Counted from the first letter of the stretch, positions 25,477 through 37,039 are shown. The stretch: 64,000 nt of DNA from Macrostomum hystrix (GCA_950097015.1 CATNEN010000002.1:4092001-4156000); one strand, 5' to 3'. The notes: generated by a model not told the origin, from the sequence alone. Numbers and translations are program-made.

Positions 25477-28400
25477 CTAGCTCGTTGCTTGATAGCCGAC
25501 ACCGCAGCGTCTTGTAAAGTTGATGTTGCTCTCGTAGTCGAGAAATTTGGAAGCTCGCAGTGGATCTTTATTGTCCGTAAGTGTCGGAGCCTGTTGGTTA
25601 TCGATCGGTTTTTAGATGCTTGGATTGCTTGTTCTATACTTAATAATATTTTTTTTAACTTTTGCAAGTGACAGTATATTCCCGATCAGACTAGAGAAGG
25701 GTTCTGATTATATCATGTTGGTATTCTCGCAGTACTCTTTATAGCTACACAAACGAGTGCGTAGTTAATGCTTACTTTCAAATCAAATGATCTCACATGT
25801 TGGGAACTTTTCTAGAGCGCCCAATTTAGCAGGAGAATCTACCGCAGAATGATATGATTTAGCTGGAGCTCTCACCTGCAGGAAGATGCCCAACATGCCC
25901 ACAACGCTCGATAGGCCGAAGCAGTATAGAAAGATCCTGTCCAAAATCAGAGCAATGTACTTCCACTCCTCCTCAGTGTTAGAGACTGTCTCATTCTCCC
26001 GGATGCGTCTGGCGATGGAGCGGACGCCGCGCAGCGCTGACAGAATATTGGCCACGCACTCCCGATCTGCCCGACTGGCCCCGGGCAGATGGTAGCGACG
26101 AAGCCGACGAGACAGGCTGCTTCTTCTGCTGCCGCTGCCAGTGGCTCCGGAATCACTGTCGCTGTCCCCTAAGTGATAGAGCACTTCAATTCATTGAAGG
26201 AAAACCTTCTTGAAGGCAAACCTGCTTGAAGGCAAACCTTCTTGAAGGCAAACCTGCTTGAAGGCAAACCTGCTTGAAGGCAAACCTTCTTGAAGGCAAA
26301 CCTTCTTGAAGGCAAACCTGCTTGAAGGCAAACCTTCTTGAAGGCAAACCTTCTTGAAGGCAAACCTTCTTGAAGGCAAACCTTCTTGAAGGCAAACCTT
26401 CTTGAAGGCAAACCTTCTTGAAGGCAAACCTTCTTGAAGGCAAACCTTCTTGAAGGCAAACCTTCTTGAAGGCAAACCTTCTTGAAGGCAAACCTTCTTG
26501 AAGGCAAACCTTCTTGAAGGCAAACCTTCTTGAAGGCCAACTAAAGATACCTGAACGAGGCTCACCATCGTCATCTAAGGTTGATCGCGACAGTGTGTCA
26601 TCCACGAGCTTATCCTCTCCATCGCCAATGTCGGGCCGATCCATCAACAGCGGCCCAGGCAGCACCTGCAGAAATAGCCGCTTGGCCCAGACCGGCACCC
26701 TGTAGATGTCTGGGGGACTGTAGCGAACGTTTAGCACCACGGTGGACACGAACAGGGACAGGCTGATGAGGATCATTGTGAACAGCAGGTACTTTGTGAT
26801 CAGCGGCACAACAAGAGAAGTTGTGGGCGTCAGGTCGAACACCAGCAGTAGAAACACAGTCAAGGCAAGTAGGATGAAAGTGCTCAATGTCATCTTCTCT
26901 TGCGTGTCGGAGGGCAGCAGAAACACGAAGCTGGTCAGACAGCTGATGGCAATGCAGGGTGCAATCAGGTTTGTACCATAGAATAGGGGCTGACGACGAA
27001 ACGTCACGCTGTGGTGTTTGGGATAGGCGGTGTATGTAATTATACGAATAATTAAATGGTTATAACTCAGCTTTATTGTAGTAAAAATGTACAGTAGAAA
27101 GCGAAGGAAGCTGTATATGTTATTTATTTGTTAAGCTAATCCCAATCGCCTCAACACCTTCAATGGGCTTTAACTGGAAGCATAGCGACGCTGCCCGCCC
27201 ATCAAAAATATTTGGCTCTCTAACTATGCATCGATTGCATAAAAATGCCACAACCTCCCACACTCACAGGAACGTGATGTCAAGGTAGGGCTCAACGCAA
27301 CAGGCGTATTTCACAATGTTCCTAGTTGCTGACACCCGCATTAGGTCCCACTCAGCGCTCTCCACATAGTCCGCCAAATCGATTGCGTAGTCGATATCCG
27401 ATTCGCAGTTGTCGAAATTGCGCCGATTTCTACCCTCGTCGTCGGCTTTCTGAGCCACGTGCCGCATGTCAATATGCAGGCCGTGGTAGGTCCACGTGCC
27501 CATCTTCAGCTTGCAGTCCTGCGTGTCGAATGGGAAGAATTCAACGTTGATGTCGCAGGAGCTGTCGTAGGTGATTGGTGGCTTCCACACTACGAGGCCT
27601 TTGTGGTTGACTTTGACTCTGGTGGAGGTGGCGCTCAGGTCCCAGTTGGTGCCAGTGCTGCAAGGTGGGGCAGTCATGCGTTTCGTGTCCTCAGTGAACT
27701 TCAGTTAACTTAAATCCATTCAGTAAGCAGCTAAATTTGATGCCCTAGGCTTAGGATTACTTTAATCCTCCCCTCCCCTAAACCTTTTACACTCTTGAAT
27801 CCTTCACTCCCCTGAATCCTTTACACTGTTGAATCCTCCCCTCCCCTGAATCCTTTACACTCTTGAATCCTCCCCTCCCCTGAATCCTCCCCTCCCATGA
27901 ATCCTCCCCTCCCCTGAATCCTCCCCTCCCCTGAATCCTCCCCTCCCCTGAATCCTCCCCTCCCCTGAATCCTCCCCTCCCATGAATCCTTCACTCTCCT
28001 GAATCCTTCACTCTCCTGAATCCTTCACTCTCCTGAATCCTCCTCTCTCCTGAATCCTCCCCTCCCATGAATCCTCCCCTCCCCTGAATCCTCCCCTCCC
28101 ATGAATCCTCCCCTCCCCTGAATCCTCCCCTCCCCTGAATCCTCCCCTCCCATGAATCCTCCCCTCCCCTGAATCCTCCCCTCCCATGAATCCTTCACTC
28201 TCCTGAATCCTTCACTCTCCTGAATCCTTCACTCTCCTGAATCCTCCTCTCTCCTGAATCCTCCCCTCCCATGAATCCTCCCCTCCCCTGAATCCTCCCC
28301 TCCCATGAATCCTCCCCTCCCCTGAATCCTCCCCTCCCCTGAATCCTCCCCTCCCATGAATCCTCCCCTCCCCTGAATCCTCCCCTCCCATGAATCCTTC

Positions 28401-29465
28401 ACTCTCCTGAATCCTTCACTCTCCTGAATCCTTCACTCTCCTGAATCCTCCTCTCTCCTGAATCCCAAACTCTCTTGAATCCTTCCCTTTCCTGAATCCT
28501 ACACTCTCCTAATCCCTCACTCTCCTGTGCTTCCAATGCGAGTTGAAATTACCATGGAGGTGATGCATGGGCTCCTAGTTTTTTGAATCGATAATAAGTC
28601 ACGCTGCTCCACTCACTTTGAGTACAAAACCACATCCGGTGTCCACAGGGCATCGGACGGCAGGATAATCTTGCTGATACCGTCATAGTCATTGGGGTCC
28701 CAGCGGAAGAAGGGATCGTGCCATTCCTGATAAACCCACAGGTTGAGCGATATTATCTGGTTCTTCTCGTCCACATTCATCAGCTGGACCAGACTGAGAT
28801 TCATGTACATTATCACTGGCTCGGAGACATTCGCTACTGGCCTGGCATACTTGTAGCCCTCGCGATTAGTGTAGAACCTTTTGTATAGCTGGTCCAGCGA
28901 TGGATCAACGTCACTAGCTGGTAATGGTACAAGCGGAAAATGTAAAAAACCAAACGTTCTTTTATTTTTTACCCTCCTATACCTATAGTACTTCGTACCC
29001 AGCTGTGAGATTGGTACCAGCATCAGCTAGGGTAGAAATTAAGGTAGGCTTGGCCAGTGTCCAGTGTACGGACTGAACAGTTGTACACGTGGCGCCTTTG
29101 GAAGCGTCACACATTAGCTGCGGCTGTGGCTGCACACGTGGCCATTTGGCCTAGGTGTCATTTCTGTCTATCCATCTATCTATAGGTTCGTTTTAAATAG
29201 TTGTACTTCGTTTTGGAGACTTTTCACTTCAATATGGTTGTTAGTCATAACTTCTGGAATGTACGTCTTTGGAGCCAGTGTACTCTGCGGCTTGCGTAAT
29301 CTTTAAGTTTAAACCAAAGGTTCCAAGTAAAACTAATTAGTCAATCAAATTCTCACCTGCTGGTTGAACAACTTTGCACAGGAGCAACAGGTAAGTGACT
29401 GCAAGCAGTACCAGCCATTTCTTGCCACACAGCAGGTGACCAAAATGATCAAACTCCGAAGCCAT
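25477..29465 (-). CDS. Nicotinic acetylcholine receptor alpha-type subunit
   Basis: Exons 29465-29357 (signal peptide), 28917-28617, 27657-27268, 27008-26566 (or alternative donor 26551), 26168-25876, 25590-25477; all phases match. Cys-loop CDINVEFFPFDTQDC; loop B WTYHG; vicinal cysteines KYACCVEPY; M2 QEKMTLS..LLALTVFLLL; M4 DRIFLYCF; tail FLQAPTL. Confidence 0.95.
26196..26537. repeat. 16-bp intronic array (GAAGGCAAACCTTCTT)n in the nAChR gene
   Basis: About 21 units lying between the donor at 26565 and the acceptor at 26169. Confidence 0.96.
27765..28510. repeat. 17-bp intronic array (CCTGAATCCTCCCCTCC)n with 204-bp higher-order period
   Basis: Variant block CATGAATCCTTCACTCTC recurs at 27981, 28185 and 28389. 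Confidence 0.95.
29050..29150 (+). mobile_element. Dispersed repeat family B fragment (nAChR intron 1)
   Basis: GGACTGAACAGTTGTAC..TAGCTGCGGCTGT shared with 11250-11310 and 50040-50115 (reverse). Confidence 0.5.
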
Positions 29466-30723
29466 GCAGTGCTGAACTTAGACTGCTGCTAAGTCTGACG
29501 GAAGCATTAAGCCTTCCATTGCTTCTGGAAGTGAAACATCTACCGCAGATAATAACAGCAAGGAGCCAAAAGTTAACAGAATACCGATTCCGTTTAAACT
29601 TTGAGTACAGCCCACTAATAAGCCACTAAAGAGAGAAAAGAAAGAGAGAGAAGCTTGAGTCCACATTGCAGCCTAGTACACTATCCCTCATTTACTGTTG
29701 GCCTCTCAATGTCTCTCGCTAAAGCCCAGCTCCACCCTGCCTGCACCCCTGCACTGACCAACCATCAGCAGCCATACCTGTTGGCGGAGAAGAACTGGCA
29801 AGTAAGACAGAGAGAACTAGCTCTATTAACTATGGAATAATAAAGCCAGATGCAGAAAATTACGGTACTTCAAGCAGACTATCAACAACCCCGCGACATC
29901 AACCTGTCTGCCCGCCTCTCTTTCTCGCTCTCTCACCTCCGAGCAATTAGCTTTACTACGAGCTATATGACAAAAAACGTTTCAAGAAATGGCCGTGTAT
30001 GCTGATGAAAGTCTCATCGCCTCATTTTCATGCCACGATATACCTGCTCTTCGGTTTCTCCTATCTGTCAGGTGTGCTCTGTGTTGTTCTCAGCTCGTTA
30101 CTGTTCCTCACTAAATGGCTATAGTCAGGTCCATCGCTAATTCATCCTTGTGTTTTTTTTAATTAAGATCAATGGTAAGATTCTGAGAAAACTAGACGAT
30201 AACCTATAGACGATGTCTATGGCTTTTATTTGATTCGTATAGACTGTAGGTGACGTCTATAGATTGTTGATAGTGTTTATCCATAGACCGAATGTGATAT
30301 ATCATTAGGTTCTAGTGGATGTCTATAGCTTTTTTGTGATGCCTATTGATTTGGCGTCTATAGATTGCATGTCATATCTATAGCTGAATCCTACACTTTG
30401 TGAATCCTGCACAAGTCTATAGATGAGGCCTACAGATTGTAGGCGACATCGATAGCTTTTAGAAGAGGTCTATAGATTTTTGTTAGTGTCTATAGATTGT
30501 ATGTGTTGTCTAGAAACTGTAGGTGGATACGGGTAGAAAAGTGCTAATGCATATTGTTGTATTCTTGAAGTAACGAATACAGAGATTCCGATTGTAGTGT
30601 TGGTAAATGTAAGTATAGCGCCGAAAGGAGCACTCGGCAGTCGACTGGATAAGCGTGTATTTGTAACAGCAGTATTATTAAATACTGGAAAGGTCTTGAG
30701 TGTGTGCACCGCGCGGGGGTTTC

Positions 30724-30849
30724 TATTTATAGCCTGGGGAGCGAGTGGGAGAACTTTCTAGAAAGTTCTCATAGATAGCCCGCGGGGGAGGCGCAGAGAA
30801 GATTCTGGAAACAACAGAGTGTTATAACAAGTGGTAGAAAGTTCTAGAA
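30724..30849 (-). promoter_or_regulatory. Heat-shock promoter: TATA box plus three perfect heat-shock elements
   Basis: TATAAATA on the - strand at 30731-30724. HSE1 AGAACTTTCTAGAAAGTTCT at 30750-30769 (4 nGAAn units); HSE2 GAAgaTTCtgGAA at 30798-30810; HSE3 GAAagTTCtaGAA at 30837-30849. Confidence 0.85.
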
Positions 30850-31964
30850 AACTATTTACGGAATTATCGTAACGAAACCCACAACACATATTCTGAGGAC
30901 TTCAATAGTGAATTACATTAGAACCATTGTTGTATTTTAGCTTGCGAAGTAATTTTCAGATAAAGAACAAGTCTGTGAACATGAAACATGGAAATGCATA
31001 AATTTCTGTTAATCTAAGAGTACAAAAACTCGACATACTGATAACGAATTGTCTGGAAAAGTCTTTAAAATAAAAAAAGATAAACATATTATTTATAGAA
31101 CAGGTATAAACTCTACTAGTTTGTTATCATGTTTGCTAACGCATGGTACGCCCCGGTCGAAAACCAACTTTTTTTCGTTTTGCTAATTTTATTCGCGCAA
31201 ACGTGAATCATACCTCAAGTTCCCCCACGCCTGTACATCATAGGGTGTACAGTGATATTCTAGCTATTAGAACATTCTACAAGGTACTAGAAAGCATGGC
31301 CCAATTGCGTGCGACCTGAAGTAAATATCGAGTCACAAAACCTTAAAAAATATGTACACTCATCCCTCCAATCCGTTGCAAGAACAAAAAAACGCAACAT
31401 TCATGGACAGTGACAGAGAAACATGGAGAGGCGTGAGCCGTACATATTTGGTTCCATGTTGCTTTTGTTAAGCAGCCATATTTTTTTGCTATTATAGCAA
31501 ATTACCAACCGTTTCATATTCCAAATCAGTTTATTTAAAAGCTCTATTGTCTGCAATTCTCTGTCACTGCAACTGCGATTTAGAAACAACACAGGTAAGC
31601 AATCTATGAACTGTCGCTTTTTATGACATTCTCGAGGTGCGATAAATTGAAAATAGTCTTAGCATCGTGTGTGTATATCATTTCATTGAGTTCTTGATTG
31701 TAATCGGCATGTATGTATTGCTTTAAAATTATGTACTCGTAATGCAAGATAGAAAGCTAAAGACTTGTTTTCTACCGTTACTAAGGACGCTTATCTAGGC
31801 TTGTTAAGTCCACCAGACCACCGAGCGCTGTGGCTTAGTGTCTGGTCTAACGTAGTTGTCGGATTATAATCCTCCAATTCTTCGCCTCTTTTGGGCCTTC
31901 GCCTTCGTCTTACGTTTTCATGTACTTTTAGTCCCCTTAACACATTAGTTGCAGCTAACCTTAT

Positions 31965-32140
31965 TTAATCCCCTGCTTGGCCCGGCCTATTGGCTATTAA
32001 TTCTAATTTATTATTTAATCGGCCTAGGCCGTTAAATGATTTAACGGCCTAGGCCGATTAAACATATAGTCTATGGTCACAGTTGCTGTAAACAGTTTTA
32101 GTAGTGCAATCTCGGGAGCCGGGCCAAGCTTTAGGATTAA
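31965..32140. mobile_element. Fold-back/MITE-like element with TTAA ends and an internal 49-bp palindrome
   Basis: TTAATCC..GCTTGGCCCGGC at 31965-31986 inverted to GCCGGGCCAAGC..GGATTAA at 32118-32140. Perfect 24-bp arms 32014-32037 / 32039-32062. Confidence 0.6.
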
Positions 32141-32145
32141 ATACT

Positions 32146-32271
32146 ATAATACCCCCTGAACTCGTTGTCTATGGCCTAGGAACGCTTCGGACTGCGCTTC
32201 TGGGCCTCGGCCCAAGAAACGCGTCCTCAGCCGTTCGTAGGCCAAAGACAACGAGTTCAGGGGGGTATTAT
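32146..32271. mobile_element. MITE-like element with about 38-bp terminal inverted repeats
   Basis: ATAATACCCCCTGAACTCGTTGTCTATGGCCTAGGAAC versus the reverse complement of the right end: two substitutions and one extra G. Confidence 0.75.
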
Positions 32272-32535
32272 TCTATACTTATTGTCTGTGACCTCATCAT
32301 TTGCGTTTACCACTTTTATATCTATGTACAAGACCACCTCTCCGTTACAGGTCTCAAGCGTGTCCATGTTCCTTTCTTTCTGCTTAAACTTTTTGCTTCC
32401 ACTGCCACTAAATAAACTCTATCCAAACTGCTAATTAGTTTGTTGTCCAAGCGACAGTACACTTAACTAGTTAAACATTTATGTAGTCAATAGATGGTAG
32501 TAACAGAATATCGAATTAACATCACCCACAGCAAA

Positions 32536-35023
32536 ATGGCCAGTAATTTGAAGCGATGCGACAGTTGCAGCCGGGAAATGAGCCATTGCGCCACGATCTA
32601 CTGCTTCAAGTGCGACAAGTCCTTCGATAAAGCTTTCGTTGTGAGCGATGGTTTAACTGGCACTGTTAAATGCCCAGAGTGCCGAGGTAGTTCTAATCTT
32701 TCTGAGATGCCAGATGACACTGGTTTGCTGTGCAAGTACTGCTTGGACGAAGCTTCAGTGAGTCTTCAGCGCTATGGTGCTTCTCAGGGCGAGAAGATTT
32801 TGTTAGTAATAATACATCAGAAATAATAATAAATAAGAAGTAATAATATTGGCTTCCATTTTGTTAACATTGCAGACTGACTCGCCAACAAGTCTCCAAG
32901 ACAAAGTGGATAGGCTCGCTCTTTCACTACCAAGTGGCAATTTGGTCGATGAAAATCGAGCAGTGCCATCAGTGCAACGCGCCTTGTCATTGCCGGCGCC
33001 CGGAGGTCGCAGTGACGAGATGGAATCCCTGCTGGGCCTGTGTCATCGCTGCAGCCTGAAGTATGTCATCACTGACGATGCTGCGCTTTGTCCATCGTGC
33101 AATCAACAGGCTGATGACTTTGAGACAGCGCAGCAGCCCATTGCCTCGGCAGCTTCGAACTCGCGGGCGTCGTTGAAACCTACCGGCGACTGCTTGGGTG
33201 ACGGGGACGTTGCCAGTAGCAACGCTGTGAGTCCCTGACAAAAAAAAAAGACGATTGAGTTATTAATAATAATAATAACCATTATCGTTTGTATGCACAG
33301 CGAGTTAGAGATACAATTCAGACTACTGACAACAGTAGAAAAGCAATTGCCTCCTCGCTGGCTGCGGGTCACTGTCACCAAATGATGTGCCATTGCCTGC
33401 AGCCCTCCGGCAGTTATTATTATTACTAAGTCTTTAAGCGTCCCACTCGAATTTTCGCTCATCAAAAAATTCTTCTTCCAGCTCGGCAGGATTCCGGACT
33501 ATGCCAGGGAGCTGTGGCGATTTGTGCCCTGCATTTGCCACAACAATGAGCCAGACTGCTTCGAACTGCGTAAGAGCCAGTCGGGCTCCAGGTCATTCTA
33601 CTGTCATGACTGCCAGCAGCCATACGCGAAGAGCTTGTTCGATCAGGAACTCTCCTGTGCCAAGTGTCCTAAGTGCAACAGCGGTAACGTGGAGGTTGAC
33701 AACATTCACCCCCAGGAGGAAGTGGTCGCGTGCTTTTTCTGCGACTCGGAAATCTCCAAGCGTCGAATTGACAAGCATTGCGCTCAGCTGCAGAGTGAGG
33801 TTCAAGACGAATTCAAAGGGGACGAACAGGTGCGCAGGATGGAAAGCCACTGCAATAAGTGTGGTAAGGCGGGAATCGAAATCAAGGTCGATATGCACAA
33901 TGGAGGCTTGTGGTTAGTTCAGGTTTGCGACAAGTGCGGCAGCAAGGAACCGATCTGCGAGATCGATGCGGAGCAGACATTGGAGGAGCACTCGCGCAGT
34001 TTGAATTCAGTAGACGAGGTGCCTGAAGGATTTGAAGAGCTGGCCCAGTGCTGCTGCGGTCTTGCTCAGCTGCACCCAGTCGATGGTGATCGGGACGACA
34101 ACCTTCTGGTTTGCTCCTGCAGGCTGGCCAGGTGCTTCAACCTGGCTGAATGTCGCAGCCCGAAAATTCCGAAAACCGTCCAGGAGCTCAGGAGCGTTCT
34201 GCCCGCTTACTCCAGTGGAGCCATGGGGCAGCGATTCCAGACCGTGCGGGTGCAAGATCCTGCCAGACTGAAACCCGGCGATCATTTGCACTTCCACAGA
34301 CAGTTTTACGAGCATCACGCGATTGTCGTGGATGTGCTTCGAAATGAGCAGAAGGTAGCTCTGGCTGAGTACACCGGTGAGCTGGATAGCCGAACAGCCA
34401 TTGCGGCGATAAGTTCTGCTGCGAAGGGCCAAGTCGCTCGTACCCTGCTGCCGTTCCGGGACATTGTGCAGTGCGCAAGTCTGGTGGAGTACCGCAACCT
34501 GGACTGCTTCTCGCCCACTGTTGTGGTCCAGCGGGCTTTGAGTCGTCTAGGCGAGCAAGAGTACTCCATTGGCACGCGGAACTGCGAGCACTTCAGCAGC
34601 TGGGCCAAGACTGGACTGGACGTGTCGCGGCAGGTTGACCGGTTCAAGGAAGGCGCGGCGAAGGCTCTGGAGAATCCGTTGATCGACAAGATTCTGGGAA
34701 AAGTGGCCGCTCTTGCGGCTGGCAAACCTGGGGTCGGCATCTGTGTAGGCATTGTGGAGGATCTGCGCAATGAGCTGCTGCAGCTGGTCCGCTTGAAGAA
34801 AGATGCGTCGAGTCAGTTTCTGAAGTGCATGCTTCGCCTGGGCATCAAGTGGAGCATCCGCGGCTTGCCGCTACTGCTGACTGTGTTAACTCGCAATGTA
34901 AAACTCCTGCCGCTCCTGCCAAAACTGGATGCGAATTTAATCAAGCCAGCCGCAGAGTCGCTTGTGCAGTGGATTCTGCCGATTGAGGACAAGACTAACG
35001 ACAATCCGGATGGCAAAAAGTAG
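32536..35023 (+). CDS. Multi-zinc-ribbon (many CxxC) protein with C-terminal LRAT/PLAAT (permuted NlpC/P60) domain, about 704 aa
   Basis: Three phase-0 exons: 32536-32757, 32876-33226, 33482-35023. H-box GDHLHFHRQFYEHHAIV and NC motif RNCEHFSSWAKTG; hydrophobic C-terminal tail. Confidence 0.85.
33345..33426 (+). mobile_element. 5'-truncated family A SINE-like copy with (TTA)n tail
   Basis: TGTCACCAAATGATGTGCCATTGCC..GCCCTCC..TTATTATTATTA matches 57149-57202. Confidence 0.75.
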
Positions 35024-35489
35024 CTGGCTTGTCATTGAGTGTTTGGAAATCGATTTGAAAGTATCGATTTATTATATTTTTGTTTTGTCGTTCGTTCTGC
35101 TGTCCAGAGTTCACGCTTTATTGTTCCTAACTTTGTTACATTAAAAAATTACCATTTAATGTACGCTCCTGTATACTCGTAGCCAAATAGTTAAAGTGCG
35201 AAAATTTTTCTTTAATTCGAAAAGCTGATTTTCACTAGTGTCATTTCTTACTAAGACTATTTAGTCTGCAATAACATATTTTGCTTACATTAGCCAAGTA
35301 TTTTAATCAAGATACTCGTATATCAAATGCCAGACACGGATAAAGCAACCAGACTTTTCCAAGGAATAATTTACAACTTGTCGTAAGAGCACAGCAAAAC
35401 CGGAAAATTATTAAATTGCCGAAGTGATGTCACACACTGAGTGTTCGTATTTCACAGTTTCTCGCAGTCGCCTCCTGTCCACTCTTCAC

Positions 35490-36375
35490 AAGCTTATCTC
35501 ACTGACTGCTGCCATATAGTAACGGAGAACTAGATGAGGTCAGCTTATCTCACTGACTGCTGCCATACGTAACGGAGAACTAGTTGAGGTCAGCTTATCT
35601 CACTGACTGCTGCCATATAGTAACGGAGAACTAGATGAGGTCAGCTTATCTCACTGACTGCTGCCATATAGTAACGGAGAACTAGATGAGGTCAGCTTAT
35701 CTCACTGACTGCTGCCATATAGTAACGGAGAACTAGTTGAGGTCAGCTTATCTCACTGACTGCTGCCATATAGTAACGGAGAACTAGATGAGGTCAGCTT
35801 ATCTCACTGACTGCTGCCATATAGTAACGGAGAACTAGATGAGGTCAGCTTATCTCACTGACTTCTCCCATATAGTAACGGAGAACTAGATGAGGTCAGC
35901 TTATCTCACTGGCTGCTGCCATATAGTAACGGAGAACTAGATGAGGTCAGCTTATCTCACTGACTTCTCCCATATAGTAACGGAGAACTAGATGAGGTCA
36001 GCTTATCTCACTGGCTGCTGCCATATAGTAACGGAGAACTAGTTGAGGTCAGCTTATCTCACTGGCTGCTGCCATATAGTAACGGAGAACTAGTTGAGGT
36101 CAGCTTATCTCACTGACTGCTGCCATATAGTAACGGAGAACTAGATGAGGTCAGCTTATCTCACTGACTGCTGCCATATAGTAACGGAGAACTAGATGAG
36201 GTCAGCTTATCTCACTGACTGCTGCCATATAGTAACGGAGAACTAGATGAGGTCAGCTTATCTCACTGACTGCTGCCATATAGTAACGGAGAACTAGATG
36301 AGGTCAGCTTATCTCACTGACTGCTGCCATATAGTAACGGAGAACTAGATGAGGTCAGCTTATCTCACTGACTGC
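35490..36375. repeat. 51-bp tandem array (GTCAGCTTATCTCACTGACTGCTGCCATATAGTAACGGAGAACTAGATGAG)n
   Basis: About 17 highly similar units. Confidence 0.97.
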
Positions 36376-36414
36376 TGCCACAGCTGCAGTTGCCTCTCTG
36401 GCCTTCAGATTGCT

Positions 36415-36915
36415 CCTCACCCTCTCTCTCACCCTCTCTCACCCTCTCTCATTCTCTCTATCACCCTTTCTCACCCTCTCTCACCCTCTCTCACCCTCTC
36501 TCTCACCCTTTCTCACCCTCTCTATCACCCTTTCTCACCCTCTCTCCTCTTCTCACCCTCTTTTACCCTTTCTCACCCTCTCTCACCCTCTCTCTCATTC
36601 TCTCTATCACCCTCCCTTTCTTGCCCTCTCTCCTCTTCTCACCCTCTTTTACCCTTTCTCACCCTCTCTCACCCTCTCTCTCATTCTCTCTATCACCCTC
36701 CCTTTCTTACCCTCTCTCCTCTTCTCTCACCCTCTCTGTCATTCTCTCTATCACCCTCTCTCACCCTCTCTCACCCTCTCACTCATTCTCTCTATCACCC
36801 TCTCTTACCCTCTCTCCTCTTCTCACCCTCTCTCACCCTCTCTATCACCCTCTTTTACCCTCTCTCACCCTCTCTATCACCCTCTTTTACCCGCTCTCTC
36901 CCTCTCTCTCTCTCT
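36415..36915. repeat. CT-rich low-complexity array (CACCCTCTCT-based)
   Basis: Nearly pure pyrimidine on the + strand; a related patch lies at 37205-37270. Confidence 0.9.
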
Positions 36916-37039
36916 CAGGCCAGCACCGGCGTCTCGTACGACCGAGTCAGTGCCACGGAGTTTTGTGAGTGTGGATTGAGTTGCCGGGCGCTGCCGAATC
37001 GATTACGATATGTTGAGATTGAAAGCTGGATTTGAACAA

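Noticed and set aside
26169-26574. Repeat peptide FAFKKVCLQEGLPSRR apparently within the nAChR M3-M4 loop
   Set aside because: In-phase donor (26565 or 26550) and acceptor (26169) remove it as an intron.
35490-36375. 51-bp and 67-bp (47078-47424) arrays as possible CRISPR arrays
   Set aside because: No unique spacers between repeats, no cas genes, and a eukaryotic context.
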